A stretch of DNA of 40,407 bases from an uncultured Gammaproteobacteria bacterium (GCA_964598995.1 CAZRDR010000067.1:1-40407), one strand, 5' to 3'; shown: positions 25,406-34,529, numbered from the stretch's first letter. Program-made: numbers and translations. The notes: generated by a model from the sequence alone, not told the origin.

Positions 25406-25792
25406 ATGGCATCATTATTATTAGCTGTCATCATTGGGACAGGATTTGCAGTCGTAGCGACGCAAAACACAGCCAATGTGGCTGTGCATCTGGGTAACTA
25501 TACCTGGTCGCATATTCCTCTTTATGCCATAGCAATTGGTTCACTTTTCGTCGGGTTAGTTATCGCCTTTTTATTGAGTATTTTTGACTGGGCTGCCTCA
25601 AGTCTCAGCCTTCATCGTAAAGAAGTTCGTGCACAAAAAGCTGAGACGACTATCGCACAACTTCAGACAAAGATCAAAGACCTTGAGGATAGAAATACCG
25701 AACTCAAGGCAAAACTTCATAACACAGGAGATGCAGATACGGGAGATAAACCTTCTCCTTTGCATCGATTTACTCACTCTCTTTCTCGCTAA
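25406..25792 (+). CDS. LapA-domain (DUF1049-like) membrane protein with C-terminal coiled coil
   Basis: It has two TM helices with the ...TQNTANVAVHLGNYTW... motif, followed by a heptad-like region AQKAETTIAQLQTKIKDLEDRNTELKAKL. Confidence 0.55.
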   Translation: MASLLLAVIIGTGFAVVATQNTANVAVHLGNYTWSHIPLYAIAIGSLFVGLVIAFLLSIFDWAASSLSLHRKEVRAQKAETTIAQLQTKIKDLEDRNTELKAKLHNTGDADTGDKPSPLHRFTHSLSR

Positions 25793-25844
25793 CTGCTCAC
25801 CTTGCACTAACTCCTCAAATCTTTCTATACTGGATATAGCCTAG

Positions 25845-26600
25845 ATGAATACCGCCCGATTCACCCTAAACGCGTTGGTTATTGAAGTACTAAGTCTATT
25901 CACAGTCACTAGTGTCCATGGCCAATCGCTCACCCTCACTCAGCCATTTAAGCATGATGGACTCACTTTTTCTGAGCCGTTAAACTTTGATCACTCATCA
26001 AGTCTCATTAAGCCGATCACTCTTGAATTTGGCACGATTGATGAAATTGATGTACAACCAACCACCAAACAGCAAATTGCAGTCGAACTAATCGTTACCC
26101 CGACACCCACACCTGATAAGGATGTAGTTCGCCCAGACTCCAGTACAAGTACTCTCACTCCCTTCCCAAGTCCAACATCACTTCCTTCCCCGCTTCCAAC
26201 TGCTACACCAACTCCTCAAACCCATGTCGTCACCTTACCTAGTAACCCTAGCGGACTAAATGCTGATATTCTTTTTCAAATGGTTAATGATTATAGAGCC
26301 AGTAAGGGATTACCAACTTTTCAGAAAGATGAAAAGTCCTGTTCATTAGCTGCATCTCGAGCACCTGAGGTAGAACAGGAAGTAGCCTCTGGAACAATGC
26401 ACAGTGGTCTGAGAGCTCGCAACCTACCTTACTGGAATACCGAGAACATTATCTCAATGCGAAATGAGACCGAAGCATTTAACTGGTGGATTAATGATCA
26501 GATTCATAAAGAGGCAATCGAAAGTAATAACACTTATAGCTGCATGAGCTGTTCAGGCAATAGCTGCGCCGAAGAATTCACTAACTATCAGCCGAAATGA
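25845..26600 (+). CDS. secreted CAP/SCP-domain protein with Pro/Thr-rich linker
   Basis: It has a signal peptide, a linker TPTPTPDKD...SPTSLPSPLPTATPTPQ, and a CAP-like C-terminus (VNDYRASKGLP..., HSG..., WWINDQIHKEAI). Confidence 0.6.
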   Translation: MNTARFTLNALVIEVLSLFTVTSVHGQSLTLTQPFKHDGLTFSEPLNFDHSSSLIKPITLEFGTIDEIDVQPTTKQQIAVELIVTPTPTPDKDVVRPDSSTSTLTPFPSPTSLPSPLPTATPTPQTHVVTLPSNPSGLNADILFQMVNDYRASKGLPTFQKDEKSCSLAASRAPEVEQEVASGTMHSGLRARNLPYWNTENIISMRNETEAFNWWINDQIHKEAIESNNTYSCMSCSGNSCAEEFTNYQPK

Positions 26601-26775
26601 GTTAGTGCAGGAAATTCACAAGAAGCGTTAAGATAATACTTCCTACGATACTAATAATAAGCATCAATTTCCACGGAAATATAAATTTAATCATGCAAAG
26701 AGAATGCCACACTCAATTAAGAGCACTACGAGAATTCCGTAGGTATACGGTAAAGACTCCTCTGATCAGTCGTAT

Positions 26776-27174
26776 TTATTTCCAAACAGCTAGAAGCGCA
26801 CCCATCACGACAAATAGGACGAGACGATACCCTGAATCGAGATAAAAAAGGTTCATCGGACGGCCATCTGCTAAAAACTCACTTAACTTACCTGCGACAA
26901 CAAAGCCAAGCCATGCCCAAAGGCCTACGAGGGCACCAGATACTATATCTGCTGCTCCCATACCATCGACAAAACGAGCCATAACATAGGAAAGGATCAG
27001 AGAGGTCACCAGCATTAACACATAAAACTTAGCCATTCCTTCTTTACCCATGCCCATCTCTTTAACCCCGGCTAACTTCATCCATTGCTTACCAAATAGC
27101 GGTCCATACCACAGCGAACCAACCACCATAGGAACTAATCCAGCGACGACTACAGCAACAAAATTAACATTCAT
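26776..27174 (-). CDS. DUF1761 family membrane protein
   Basis: The N-terminus VAVVVAGLVPMVVGSLWYGPLFGKQWMKLAG is typical of the family. GAGGAGGTG lies 7 nt upstream of the ATG. Confidence 0.75.
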   Translation of the reverse strand: MNVNFVAVVVAGLVPMVVGSLWYGPLFGKQWMKLAGVKEMGMGKEGMAKFYVLMLVTSLILSYVMARFVDGMGAADIVSGALVGLWAWLGFVVAGKLSEFLADGRPMNLFYLDSGYRLVLFVVMGALLAVWK

Positions 27175-27226
27175 TTTTCTTCACCTCCTCTCATAAGCTC
27201 AACTACTCTGAGGATAGGTCAATGCC

Positions 27227-29182
27227 TTAGGTAATTGCAACTCTTCTCTTTCTCAGAAGAACTGCGAGAGTACAGGCTAAAAAGGGCAACCCTAATAACA
27301 ATGGTGGCAGTATTTGTGGAGCAGACATAACTGTTGTTATCTTGATCATTAAGAAATGGGCTAGTTCTTGTGGGTGAGTAATTAACTCTTTTTTATTTGC
27401 AGGATAAATTATTTTAAAGCTTGCCTGATTCACACGGACAGTCTCATTTGATGCCGAGTTAGCAAGAGAAAGTCTCATTACATATTTTTGATCTTTCGCG
27501 TTAGGAATAACTGGGAATCCAAATGGAAATTCTTCCCCACTATTGAAGTAGTCGAGTGTATAACTCCGCTCTACTATCACCTTCCTCGTATCAGAATCCA
27601 CCAGTTGGAAAAGGAGCTTTTGACGCGAGCCATCTCTTTGTTCTTTATGAGACAGCGTCCCAGCGATAATACCTAAATTATCTTCTTTACTTTCAAACGG
27701 AATTGTTAGCTCGTAATTAGGCCGTAGGATGATATTTCCAGTATTTGGCTGCCTCGTAAGAGGTTTAACAACTGAGAAAAAATTATATCGTGATTGGAAG
27801 ACTAAAAAAATTCCAATTATATAGAGAACACTGAGAGTAACCAAGATTAAACGAGGGTGAGATTTCTTTACCTGATGATCCTCATTTTTTTGAGCTTTCG
27901 TATCTCTGCTGCGAGAAAAATATGGTTTTTCTAAGAGATTATAAAGGCATATCGCCAAGAGTATATCTACAGTGAATGCACTCACAATAAAAAGCATTTC
28001 TTCTGCTGCACTTGCTGGTTTGAAGAATTGCTCAAGGATATGAATTACTAAAGCGTGACTTAAATAAACTGAGTAACTAATTGTCCCAAGGAGAACCAAC
28101 CACTTACTTCGAAAGACTTTGCTCAAATCTGTTGACTCATCCAACAGAAGCACAACGAGAAATGCTAGCGGAATTGAAAAGACCATTCTAATCCATGGTC
28201 CTGATAGACTACTCAAACGATGTTCAAATATGTTCTCTACTAAGAGTACTCCTATAAAAAATGCTATTTGGCCCAGCCCTATTCTCTGTATATGTTGTGA
28301 AACCCTACCTACTATATCCGATTTATAGTGATAGATATGAGCAAGCACAATGCCGACAACAAAATAGATCCACAACGCCGGCTGAATCATACTAATAACT
28401 AATACCTTATAGGTAAGAAGTGTGACCCCAGCTATAAATGTAGCCGTTGCAGTTAAAAAAAATAATTTTATACTTCTTGGCTGTTGACGTAATAACTGAA
28501 CAAGTGGAACAAGTATCGTCGGATACAAAATATAAAAAAGCACCTCAGCAATAAGGCTCCAATATACGCCATCTAGCATCGGGATATAATTCCCTAGGGG
28601 TAATGTCAGTGTCGCATTGACAAGAAAAATCATCCCGTCATGAAAGAGATGGGGCGTCTCAGCAAAAGCAATAGCTGGCCTTCTCATAATCCAAAGCAGA
28701 TAAACACTCCCAACAATTGCTTGAGTCAGTAAGAAAGAAATGAAGATAACTCGTTTATAAGGTACTGCTAGGTTTTTAATAACGTTTGTCCAAAGTGTAT
28801 GACCACATAACGCAAGTATTAGGGTAAGAATAAGGAGAAATCCTGATAATTGTGGGTAAAGATGATATAGCAACATCACTACACACATAGTTAAAAAAAG
28901 AGGAAAGATGCGGGTGTAACGTTTTTGGAGAAAAGCTGACGTGCTTTGAGGATTCGGATAGATTGATGCCATTAAAAATCCTGAGAGAATAAAAAGAAAA
29001 GTCACCCCTGTTACACCATCTCCCAGTAACCAACCCAAAAGATTGAACGGAATTAATCTCTGAAGATGAGTTGTAACAACATGATTAAGGAAAACTAAAA
29101 TAATTGCAAAACCTCGTAACCCATCTAGTGCGAGTAATCGTGAAGATGATTTATCCTTCTCCATACTCGAATATGGTAACAC
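27227..29182 (-). CDS. acyltransferase family 3 (OafA/YrhL-like) membrane protein with non-SGNH C-terminal extracytoplasmic domain and terminal TM
   Basis: The N-terminal motif LDGLRGFAIILVFLNH is followed by about 10 TM segments. A ~170-aa soluble domain and a final TM helix follow. The alternative start is Met-7 (29164). Confidence 0.75.
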   Translation of the reverse strand: MLPYSSMEKDKSSSRLLALDGLRGFAIILVFLNHVVTTHLQRLIPFNLLGWLLGDGVTGVTFLFILSGFLMASIYPNPQSTSAFLQKRYTRIFPLFLTMCVVMLLYHLYPQLSGFLLILTLILALCGHTLWTNVIKNLAVPYKRVIFISFLLTQAIVGSVYLLWIMRRPAIAFAETPHLFHDGMIFLVNATLTLPLGNYIPMLDGVYWSLIAEVLFYILYPTILVPLVQLLRQQPRSIKLFFLTATATFIAGVTLLTYKVLVISMIQPALWIYFVVGIVLAHIYHYKSDIVGRVSQHIQRIGLGQIAFFIGVLLVENIFEHRLSSLSGPWIRMVFSIPLAFLVVLLLDESTDLSKVFRSKWLVLLGTISYSVYLSHALVIHILEQFFKPASAAEEMLFIVSAFTVDILLAICLYNLLEKPYFSRSRDTKAQKNEDHQVKKSHPRLILVTLSVLYIIGIFLVFQSRYNFFSVVKPLTRQPNTGNIILRPNYELTIPFESKEDNLGIIAGTLSHKEQRDGSRQKLLFQLVDSDTRKVIVERSYTLDYFNSGEEFPFGFPVIPNAKDQKYVMRLSLANSASNETVRVNQASFKIIYPANKKELITHPQELAHFLMIKITTVMSAPQILPPLLLGLPFLACTLAVLLRKRRVAIT

Positions 29183-29204
29183 GGATGAGGTAAAGAAGGG
29201 AGAC

Positions 29205-30674
29205 TTATTTTTTCTTTACTGAAGTTTTAAGAGGCAATGTGAAAGAGAACGTTGAACCTTTACCAACTTCGCTTTCAACCCAAATACTGCCATTATGGCG
29301 GCGAATAATTTCCTGATAAATGTATAAGCCCATACCAAGCCCTGATAGTGATTTCCCTTGTTCATCTCTAATCTGGTATAACCTGTCAAAGATTTTTTTA
29401 TGCTGATCCTTAGGAATTCCCATCCCTTGATCCTGCACACTCACTAAGGCTTTTCCTTCACTTCGTTTTACACTTACTCTAATCTCTGTCCCTGGCTCAG
29501 AATATTTAACTGCATTAGTAATAAGATTGGTAAAAACTTGATAAATTCTGAATCTATCAGCGATAACTTTAACAGGAGTTGAGGAAGTCACGACTATTTT
29601 CTGCTGTTTGGTAATTCCTTGCAGCTCTTCTACTGTCTGAGTAATGAGCTCATCGAGTCTAAATTCTTCTTTGGAGAACATCAATTTTCCCGTTTGAAGA
29701 CGAGATACATCTAACAGGTCACTTACCAATTCCTGCAGTCTTTGTGTTTGATATTCGATACTTTTGGTGAGCTTATGCGCCTGCGCGTGTTTGTCCCTAT
29801 CAAGCTGCCTTAAGAGAATATCTATGTAGAGTTTCATACTTGTGATAGGCGTCTTTAGTTCATGCGAGGCCATATTGATAAAGTCGTCTTTTCTTTTTTC
29901 CATTTCCTTCATATTCGTAATGTCTGAGATGATAGAGGCAGCCGCGATAATCTGCCCTTTACGATTGTGGATAGGTGCAGAGCTGACACGCAAATGGACG
30001 TTACGACCATCTTTATGTTGATATATCATCTCTCTCCCCGCAAAAGATTTACCTGACGCTAAAGCTTTAACGAGAGGTGATTGAGAAGGATTAAGTGGCT
30101 TACCATTGATTTGAACTCCCGGGAGAGTGTCTTTACCCATCATAAAGCCTTTCGGAATGCGAATACCTAGTATTGACTCGAGTTGGCGATTAGTCTCGAC
30201 TAACTGCCCACTCTGATCAGTGATGATCACACCGACAGGCAATTGCTGAATGATGGTCTGAAGTCGACGTTTTTCATATGCTTCACGATCGATCAGTCTA
30301 TCAATGGTAATTTTCAACCAGCCAATAATTCCTGCGAGGATGAAGTACAAGATAGTTAAAATCCCTGTTGTTTCTAAGCCTGAGGTTCTCTTATCAAGTG
30401 GAGAATGATTAGTTACGATATAGACGTAATAAAGAATAGTAATCACAGTCGCGATTACCCCACCTCTAATACCATCTCGAAAGGCAAGATAAATGATAAG
30501 TGCAATTGAAACAAATAAAATAAATAAGCCGACGTTGGAAGAATTATTCGTGAGTCTGTAGGCAACTTCAAAGATGACACACATGCCCAACATCACCCCG
30601 ATTGGGAACACTGTTGAATATTTTCTCTTACCAAGTTGCTCGATTGGATTTAGGTAGGAAAGTACTCGTTTCAT
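29205..30674 (-). CDS. sensor histidine kinase (4-TM DUF4118-like, PAS, HisKA, HATPase_c)
   Basis: Motifs seen: H-box MASHELKTPITSM, N-box NLITNAVKYS, G-boxes DQGMGIP and GLGMGL. A PAS-like segment lies between the TM region and the H-box. Confidence 0.85.
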   Translation of the reverse strand: MKRVLSYLNPIEQLGKRKYSTVFPIGVMLGMCVIFEVAYRLTNNSSNVGLFILFVSIALIIYLAFRDGIRGGVIATVITILYYVYIVTNHSPLDKRTSGLETTGILTILYFILAGIIGWLKITIDRLIDREAYEKRRLQTIIQQLPVGVIITDQSGQLVETNRQLESILGIRIPKGFMMGKDTLPGVQINGKPLNPSQSPLVKALASGKSFAGREMIYQHKDGRNVHLRVSSAPIHNRKGQIIAAASIISDITNMKEMEKRKDDFINMASHELKTPITSMKLYIDILLRQLDRDKHAQAHKLTKSIEYQTQRLQELVSDLLDVSRLQTGKLMFSKEEFRLDELITQTVEELQGITKQQKIVVTSSTPVKVIADRFRIYQVFTNLITNAVKYSEPGTEIRVSVKRSEGKALVSVQDQGMGIPKDQHKKIFDRLYQIRDEQGKSLSGLGMGLYIYQEIIRRHNGSIWVESEVGKGSTFSFTLPLKTSVKKK

Positions 30675-30755
30675 ACAAATTTACAACTATTCTTGGTATT
30701 GTACCATGATAAATCTAAAAATGTTTGCAGAGTATCCTCCTATGCAATTCTCTGC

Positions 30756-30761
30756 TAGTAT
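30756..30761 (+). promoter_or_regulatory. -10 box (cTGCTAGTAT) 7 nt upstream of the internal ATG at 30769
   Basis: Sequence is TGCTAGTAT-agagagt-ATG. This supports the shorter start for the transglycosylase-like gene. Confidence 0.45.
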
Positions 30762-30768
30762 AGAGAGT

Positions 30769-31278
30769 ATGTTTGGCAATTTTGCGAATGTTGCAGTTGT
30801 CTCTTTTCTAACTGTCGCGAGTTCTTTTATCTCGCATCGGCCTCATACTCGTGCACACCTCATTAGTCCGCTTCCGCGCACATCCCCCTCACCGACACCT
30901 CTCCCGACAGCAACTCCGACTCCTATCCCGACCGCTACCCCTACTCCGACACCTCTCCCGACAGCAACTCCGACTCCCACCCCTATCATCACTTCCTCAG
31001 ATCTTGAAACACTCTTCACAAAATATGGCCAGCAAAATAATGTCGACACGAATGAACTCAAAAGAATTGCCAATTGTGAGTCTGGCTTTAACACGAATGC
31101 TGAGTATCTCGACTATAAAGGCATGTTCCAGTTCTCACCTGAGTCATGGAGCATTACGCGTCATATAATGGGGGAGGATGCCAATCCAGATCTTCGGACT
31201 AATCCCGAAGAAGCGATCAAGACAGCAGCATATAAAATTGCTCACGGCGGATCGGGTGCGTGGCCTAATTGCCACTAA
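30769..31278 (+). CDS. secreted transglycosylase-like (Rpf/SLT-type) domain protein with Pro/Thr linker
   Basis: It has a signal/anchor FANVAVVSFLTVASSFI and a (TPTP/LPTA) linker. The catalytic-type motif is IANCESGFN...YKGMFQFSPESW. The track start is 30706. Confidence 0.6.
   Translation: MFGNFANVAVVSFLTVASSFISHRPHTRAHLISPLPRTSPSPTPLPTATPTPIPTATPTPTPLPTATPTPTPIITSSDLETLFTKYGQQNNVDTNELKRIANCESGFNTNAEYLDYKGMFQFSPESWSITRHIMGEDANPDLRTNPEEAIKTAAYKIAHGGSGAWPNCH
30892..30977 (+). repeat. in-frame tandem repeat, 54-bp period (32-nt perfect core CCGACACCTCTCCCGACAGCAACTCCGACTCC x2)
   Basis: The core occurs at 30892-30923 and again at 30946-30977. It encodes the PT linker. Confidence 0.85.
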
Positions 31279-31812
31279 CTAAAGAGCGCCTAATTTAATT
31301 AGCGTGTTCCAGTTCCTCGTTGTTATATTCTTGCCAAATAATTTGCCTAAAAATTCCATAAGATCTGTAGTATTTTTCTGAGGGGTAATGTTAATGACAG
31401 AGCAGATCTCTCGCGTTGTGAGGCGAGTAATCTGAGCGTTGTGTACCGCAGCTTTCGCTACATCATCTTTCGTCAAGGCATGCTTTTCTGAGAGGAATGT
31501 CACATAAAGTCTGGTATCTTTCGTAACAGGAATCCCTTTAAATGGATCTTCCTGAAGTAGTCTCTCCAACTCGTCAAAGGGGCGGACTAAGACACGAATC
31601 GGGAAGTTAAACTGTTTCTCTAGAGCCTGTTCTAGTTCTTTCTGCACGATATCTTCTTTAGTTTGGTGTGTTTCAAATACGACATTACCACTATTCAATA
31701 TTGTTTTAACACTAGTAAATCCCAAACCCTCACAGACATGACGCAGCTCCTCCATAGGGACTTTGGTATTCCCACCGACATTTATTCCCCGTAATAATCC
31801 GACGTATTTCAT
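31279..31812 (-). CDS. DUF1697 domain protein
   Basis: The N-terminus MKYVGLLRGINVGGNTKVPMEEL is the family signature. Confidence 0.82.
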   Translation of the reverse strand: MKYVGLLRGINVGGNTKVPMEELRHVCEGLGFTSVKTILNSGNVVFETHQTKEDIVQKELEQALEKQFNFPIRVLVRPFDELERLLQEDPFKGIPVTKDTRLYVTFLSEKHALTKDDVAKAAVHNAQITRLTTREICSVINITPQKNTTDLMEFLGKLFGKNITTRNWNTLIKLGAL

Positions 31813-31813
31813 A

Positions 31814-33010
31814 TTACTTACAAAATTGCAGAGAAGCTACAGCTGCGCCTAATCTCCCAGCCTCAGAAATATTAAGAAAGGTTACCTTTTTCTCTGTCAG
31901 ACTCTGCACTGTGTTCTCTACTTTATCATGATAGCCTGGGATGTTCCAGAAAACCGAGCCTTCAATAGGAATCTCTTCCTCACTGGACGTATATACTTGT
32001 GGGAAAGCAGAGAAGATACTGGCAATCATCAACCCAACTATTTGTGCAGACCTATCCCGCAGTCTCTCACATGCCTCTTTCATGACAACCATTCCTTCAT
32101 CGTGACCAGAATACCCCATGATTTCAGCCATGGCTTCACCTGTTATGGTCTCATCGTAAGGCAGAGTAGTATGCTCAGACTTTAGTAGGCGGACAATCTC
32201 TTTAAGCTGTTCACTAATATACGCTCCAGAGATCTGTTTTTCAGCCAGATAGTTACCAGGATCGAGACTCTTCTTATCGATTGTCTGATGCAGGACGTAA
32301 GTTGGTATCCCATCAAAACCTCCCGATTCACTATTCACAATTCCCTCTGGTGTATGCATGGCTAAATTAAAGCCAGTGCCGTCTACTCCACCGATACGCG
32401 CTCCAATTGAGAACAATGTCGCAACGGTATCATTTAAGACAACCACAGGCTGATTCTGGACGTGGTGGGGATGCTTTTCTGCAAAGGCTCGCATGAACTG
32501 GACGCCTACACCTTCATGACTAATCCCGGGAACAACAAACTCCTTAGTCAGCGTTTCAGCTGACATCACATCCACTCCATTTGGAGTGTTAAGGGGGTTA
32601 CCTACGAAAGAATAAACTAAACTGATAGCATCAGGAACTTTGCCTGAAATAACTGGATCAAGCTGAGAAATGATGGTGTCAAAAAATTCCTCAGCACTAG
32701 TAAAGACGATCTTTTGGATAGGCGTCTTAAAGACACTAGCAATTGTTGGTTTGTGGTGGGTTATGCGGACTCGACCACCATAGAGGTTAGTACCGCCAAC
32801 TTCTAAAATTAACGCTTCAGAATCTTCTTTCAGGCTCTCTAAATGAACAGGACTCAAGCATGAGCGGAACATCTTCAGACTACTTTTCTGTCCAGCAAGT
32901 CCATCCCTAAGTGCACTGATATACTTCTCGCTTGCAGTCTTTATTTCTTGAGGAGTCAATGGTCTTAGACCTAGATCGTCGAGTAACTTCATAGCTCGGC
33001 TGCTAGCCAC
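31814..33010 (-). CDS. hexokinase-family sugar kinase (eukaryote-type fold)
   Basis: Motifs match hexokinase: LILEVGGTNLYGGRV (cf. LDLGGTNFRV), VVVLNDTVATL (cf. NDTVGTL), GGVDGTGFN and SLDPGNYLAEKQISGAYISEQLK (cf. NPG..FEKMISGMYLGE). The start at 33010 is GTG. The alternative ATG is at 32992. Confidence 0.7.
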   Translation of the reverse strand: MASSRAMKLLDDLGLRPLTPQEIKTASEKYISALRDGLAGQKSSLKMFRSCLSPVHLESLKEDSEALILEVGGTNLYGGRVRITHHKPTIASVFKTPIQKIVFTSAEEFFDTIISQLDPVISGKVPDAISLVYSFVGNPLNTPNGVDVMSAETLTKEFVVPGISHEGVGVQFMRAFAEKHPHHVQNQPVVVLNDTVATLFSIGARIGGVDGTGFNLAMHTPEGIVNSESGGFDGIPTYVLHQTIDKKSLDPGNYLAEKQISGAYISEQLKEIVRLLKSEHTTLPYDETITGEAMAEIMGYSGHDEGMVVMKEACERLRDRSAQIVGLMIASIFSAFPQVYTSSEEEIPIEGSVFWNIPGYHDKVENTVQSLTEKKVTFLNISEAGRLGAAVASLQFCK

Positions 33011-33066
33011 AAAGGTATTGTACTCTCTCTAAGACGAAATGCAAACTTACCCTCCAGTAATTCTGC

Positions 33067-33072
33067 TACAAT
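33067..33072 (+). promoter_or_regulatory. -10 box (cTGCTACAAT) 7 nt upstream of the SET-domain gene ATG; leaderless configuration
   Basis: Sequence is TGCTACAAT-atttttt-ATG. A divergent TACAAT (33017-33022, minus strand) serves the hexokinase gene. Confidence 0.5.
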
Positions 33073-33079
33073 ATTTTTT

Positions 33080-33817
33080 ATGTTTTTATTACCCGAGGGA
33101 ACGCTTGAAATGAGGGCAACGCAGCATGGCAGAGGAGTATTTACGACTCGTGATCTTAACCCTGGCGTCATTATTGGTGATTATCTTGGACCGATCGTCT
33201 TTGATAAAGATATTCCACATCTCAAAAACTCTGATCATTTTTATGATATGTATTACGATGAGGGGACTTCTGTTAATCCATCAGGAGATACGCCAGGGAT
33301 TCATCTGATTAATCATTCGTGTACTCCTAATACCTGGATGTATACCTACCATCGTCATACACTCTATTTTGCGCTCAGAAAGATCTTTAAAGGAGAAGAG
33401 TTAACAGTTAACTATCTGATCGGGCCCATAGATGAAGATTGCGATCCTTGCGAACACAAATGTACGTGTGACAGCCCAATTTGTCGAGGAAGTATGCATA
33501 TGTCACAAAGTGAATTTGAGAAATGGACTGAACTTGAAAATAAAGAAGAAATGATGACGACAGCAGTTATGCAAAAACCTGGAGAAGATCTCAAAAAGTT
33601 ACCCCACTACCCGTCGCTTATTCCAGATCATCCGATCTACACGCTATTTGGCAACCCGAACGTCGAGCCTTTACTCCACCAGACTCGCTCTCTTCTGAGT
33701 CTTGATGAGATCCGTCTCCTCATCAGAGACTCAGGACGAGTGATAGATCTGCCACTCATTAATACCCGCATTTTAGGCGTACTCAATGAGTATCTAATCA
33801 GCCTCCCTCTCCGATAA
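33080..33817 (+). CDS. SET-domain protein lysine methyltransferase with post-SET Cys cluster and ~100-aa unknown C-terminal extension
   Basis: Motifs seen: GRGVFT, INHSCTPN, GEELTVNY and post-SET CDPCEHKCTCDSPICRG. Confidence 0.8.
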   Translation: MFLLPEGTLEMRATQHGRGVFTTRDLNPGVIIGDYLGPIVFDKDIPHLKNSDHFYDMYYDEGTSVNPSGDTPGIHLINHSCTPNTWMYTYHRHTLYFALRKIFKGEELTVNYLIGPIDEDCDPCEHKCTCDSPICRGSMHMSQSEFEKWTELENKEEMMTTAVMQKPGEDLKKLPHYPSLIPDHPIYTLFGNPNVEPLLHQTRSLLSLDEIRLLIRDSGRVIDLPLINTRILGVLNEYLISLPLR

Positions 33818-33824
33818 CGTAACT

Positions 33825-34106
33825 TCATTTATTGTGATTGAGAATACCTCTCAATTGATGTTGTGCAGTTCCATCGGGAATAGGTTGCCCTTGTGCAGTA
33901 TGAGCACGTCTAATCTGATCAGGAGTGACCGGTCCATAAAAGTCCTCTCGCTGCAGAGGCACCCTGCCATCACGGTAGGCATTATTACCTGCTAAAAAAG
34001 CAAATCTACTGGGAGTTCTCTCAACGATAGTTCGGGTGATATTGTTTGGAAGAGATGATGAGTGGTCTGGAGAAGGTGAGAGGGATGGGGCACCTTCTTT
34101 ACCCAT
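33825..34106 (-). CDS. hypothetical protein
   Basis: A 93-aa ORF lying 4 nt downstream of the VOC gene on the same strand. It has a low-complexity Ser/Pro N-terminus. I recognise no family. Confidence 0.35.
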   Translation of the reverse strand: MGKEGAPSLSPSPDHSSSLPNNITRTIVERTPSRFAFLAGNNAYRDGRVPLQREDFYGPVTPDQIRRAHTAQGQPIPDGTAQHQLRGILNHNK

Positions 34107-34110
34107 AGAC

Positions 34111-34488
34111 TCAGTTGTTCTCCTCCCAAGGAGTCATGAGCTGGAAATAATTCCCATCGGGGTCAGCAAGTGTTGCGATCCAAACTGACATGCCATTGCC
34201 TTCCATTTGATATGGTTCTTTGATAACTTCCACGCCTTCAATCTTACTAATTCTCTCGAATTCCTCTTTTACTTCCTTAGTTGAGAAATTAAAAAGTACT
34301 CTGTCTGGATTTGGATTCTTCCCATGGACTTTATCATGCTGGCCAATTCCTAAGAAAAATGTTCCGACTAAAAAGCCTGCATACGTATCATCTTCCATAT
34401 CTGGCTTTTTATCAAAGACTTTGCCGTAGAACTCAACAAGGCGTTTAGCATTTTCTGAGGAAAGAAGGATGTTATCAAACTTCAACAT
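34111..34488 (-). CDS. VOC (glyoxalase/bleomycin-resistance) family protein
   Basis: A 125-aa single VOC module, with MLKFDNILLSSENAKRLVEFYGKVF... and ...DPDGNYFQL. Confidence 0.65.
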   Translation of the reverse strand: MLKFDNILLSSENAKRLVEFYGKVFDKKPDMEDDTYAGFLVGTFFLGIGQHDKVHGKNPNPDRVLFNFSTKEVKEEFERISKIEGVEVIKEPYQMEGNGMSVWIATLADPDGNYFQLMTPWEENN

Positions 34489-34529
34489 AACTAGTTACAG
34501 TATAAGTAATAACTCACAATTTGCAAGAC

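Noticed and set aside
26602-26694. A 30-aa hydrophobic minus-strand ORF (MIKFIFPWKLMLIISIVGSIILTLLVNFLH) in the convergent gap between the CAP and DUF1761 genes
   Set aside because: No SD and no -10 box lie in the expected position upstream. At this length and AT content it could easily arise by chance. It is kept only as a note.
30892-30977. Direct repeats as a possible CRISPR array
   Set aside because: There are only two copies, they are in-frame inside a CDS, the period is 54 bp with no unique spacers, and there are no cas genes. This is a coding tandem repeat.
30843-31168. ORFs 30843-31094 (-) and 30851-31168 (+) overlapping the Pro/Thr repeat
   Set aside because: These are alternate-frame readings of a compositionally biased repeat (poly-GV and LRL strings). 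The frame giving the signal peptide, PT linker and CESG transglycosylase motif is the coherent one.
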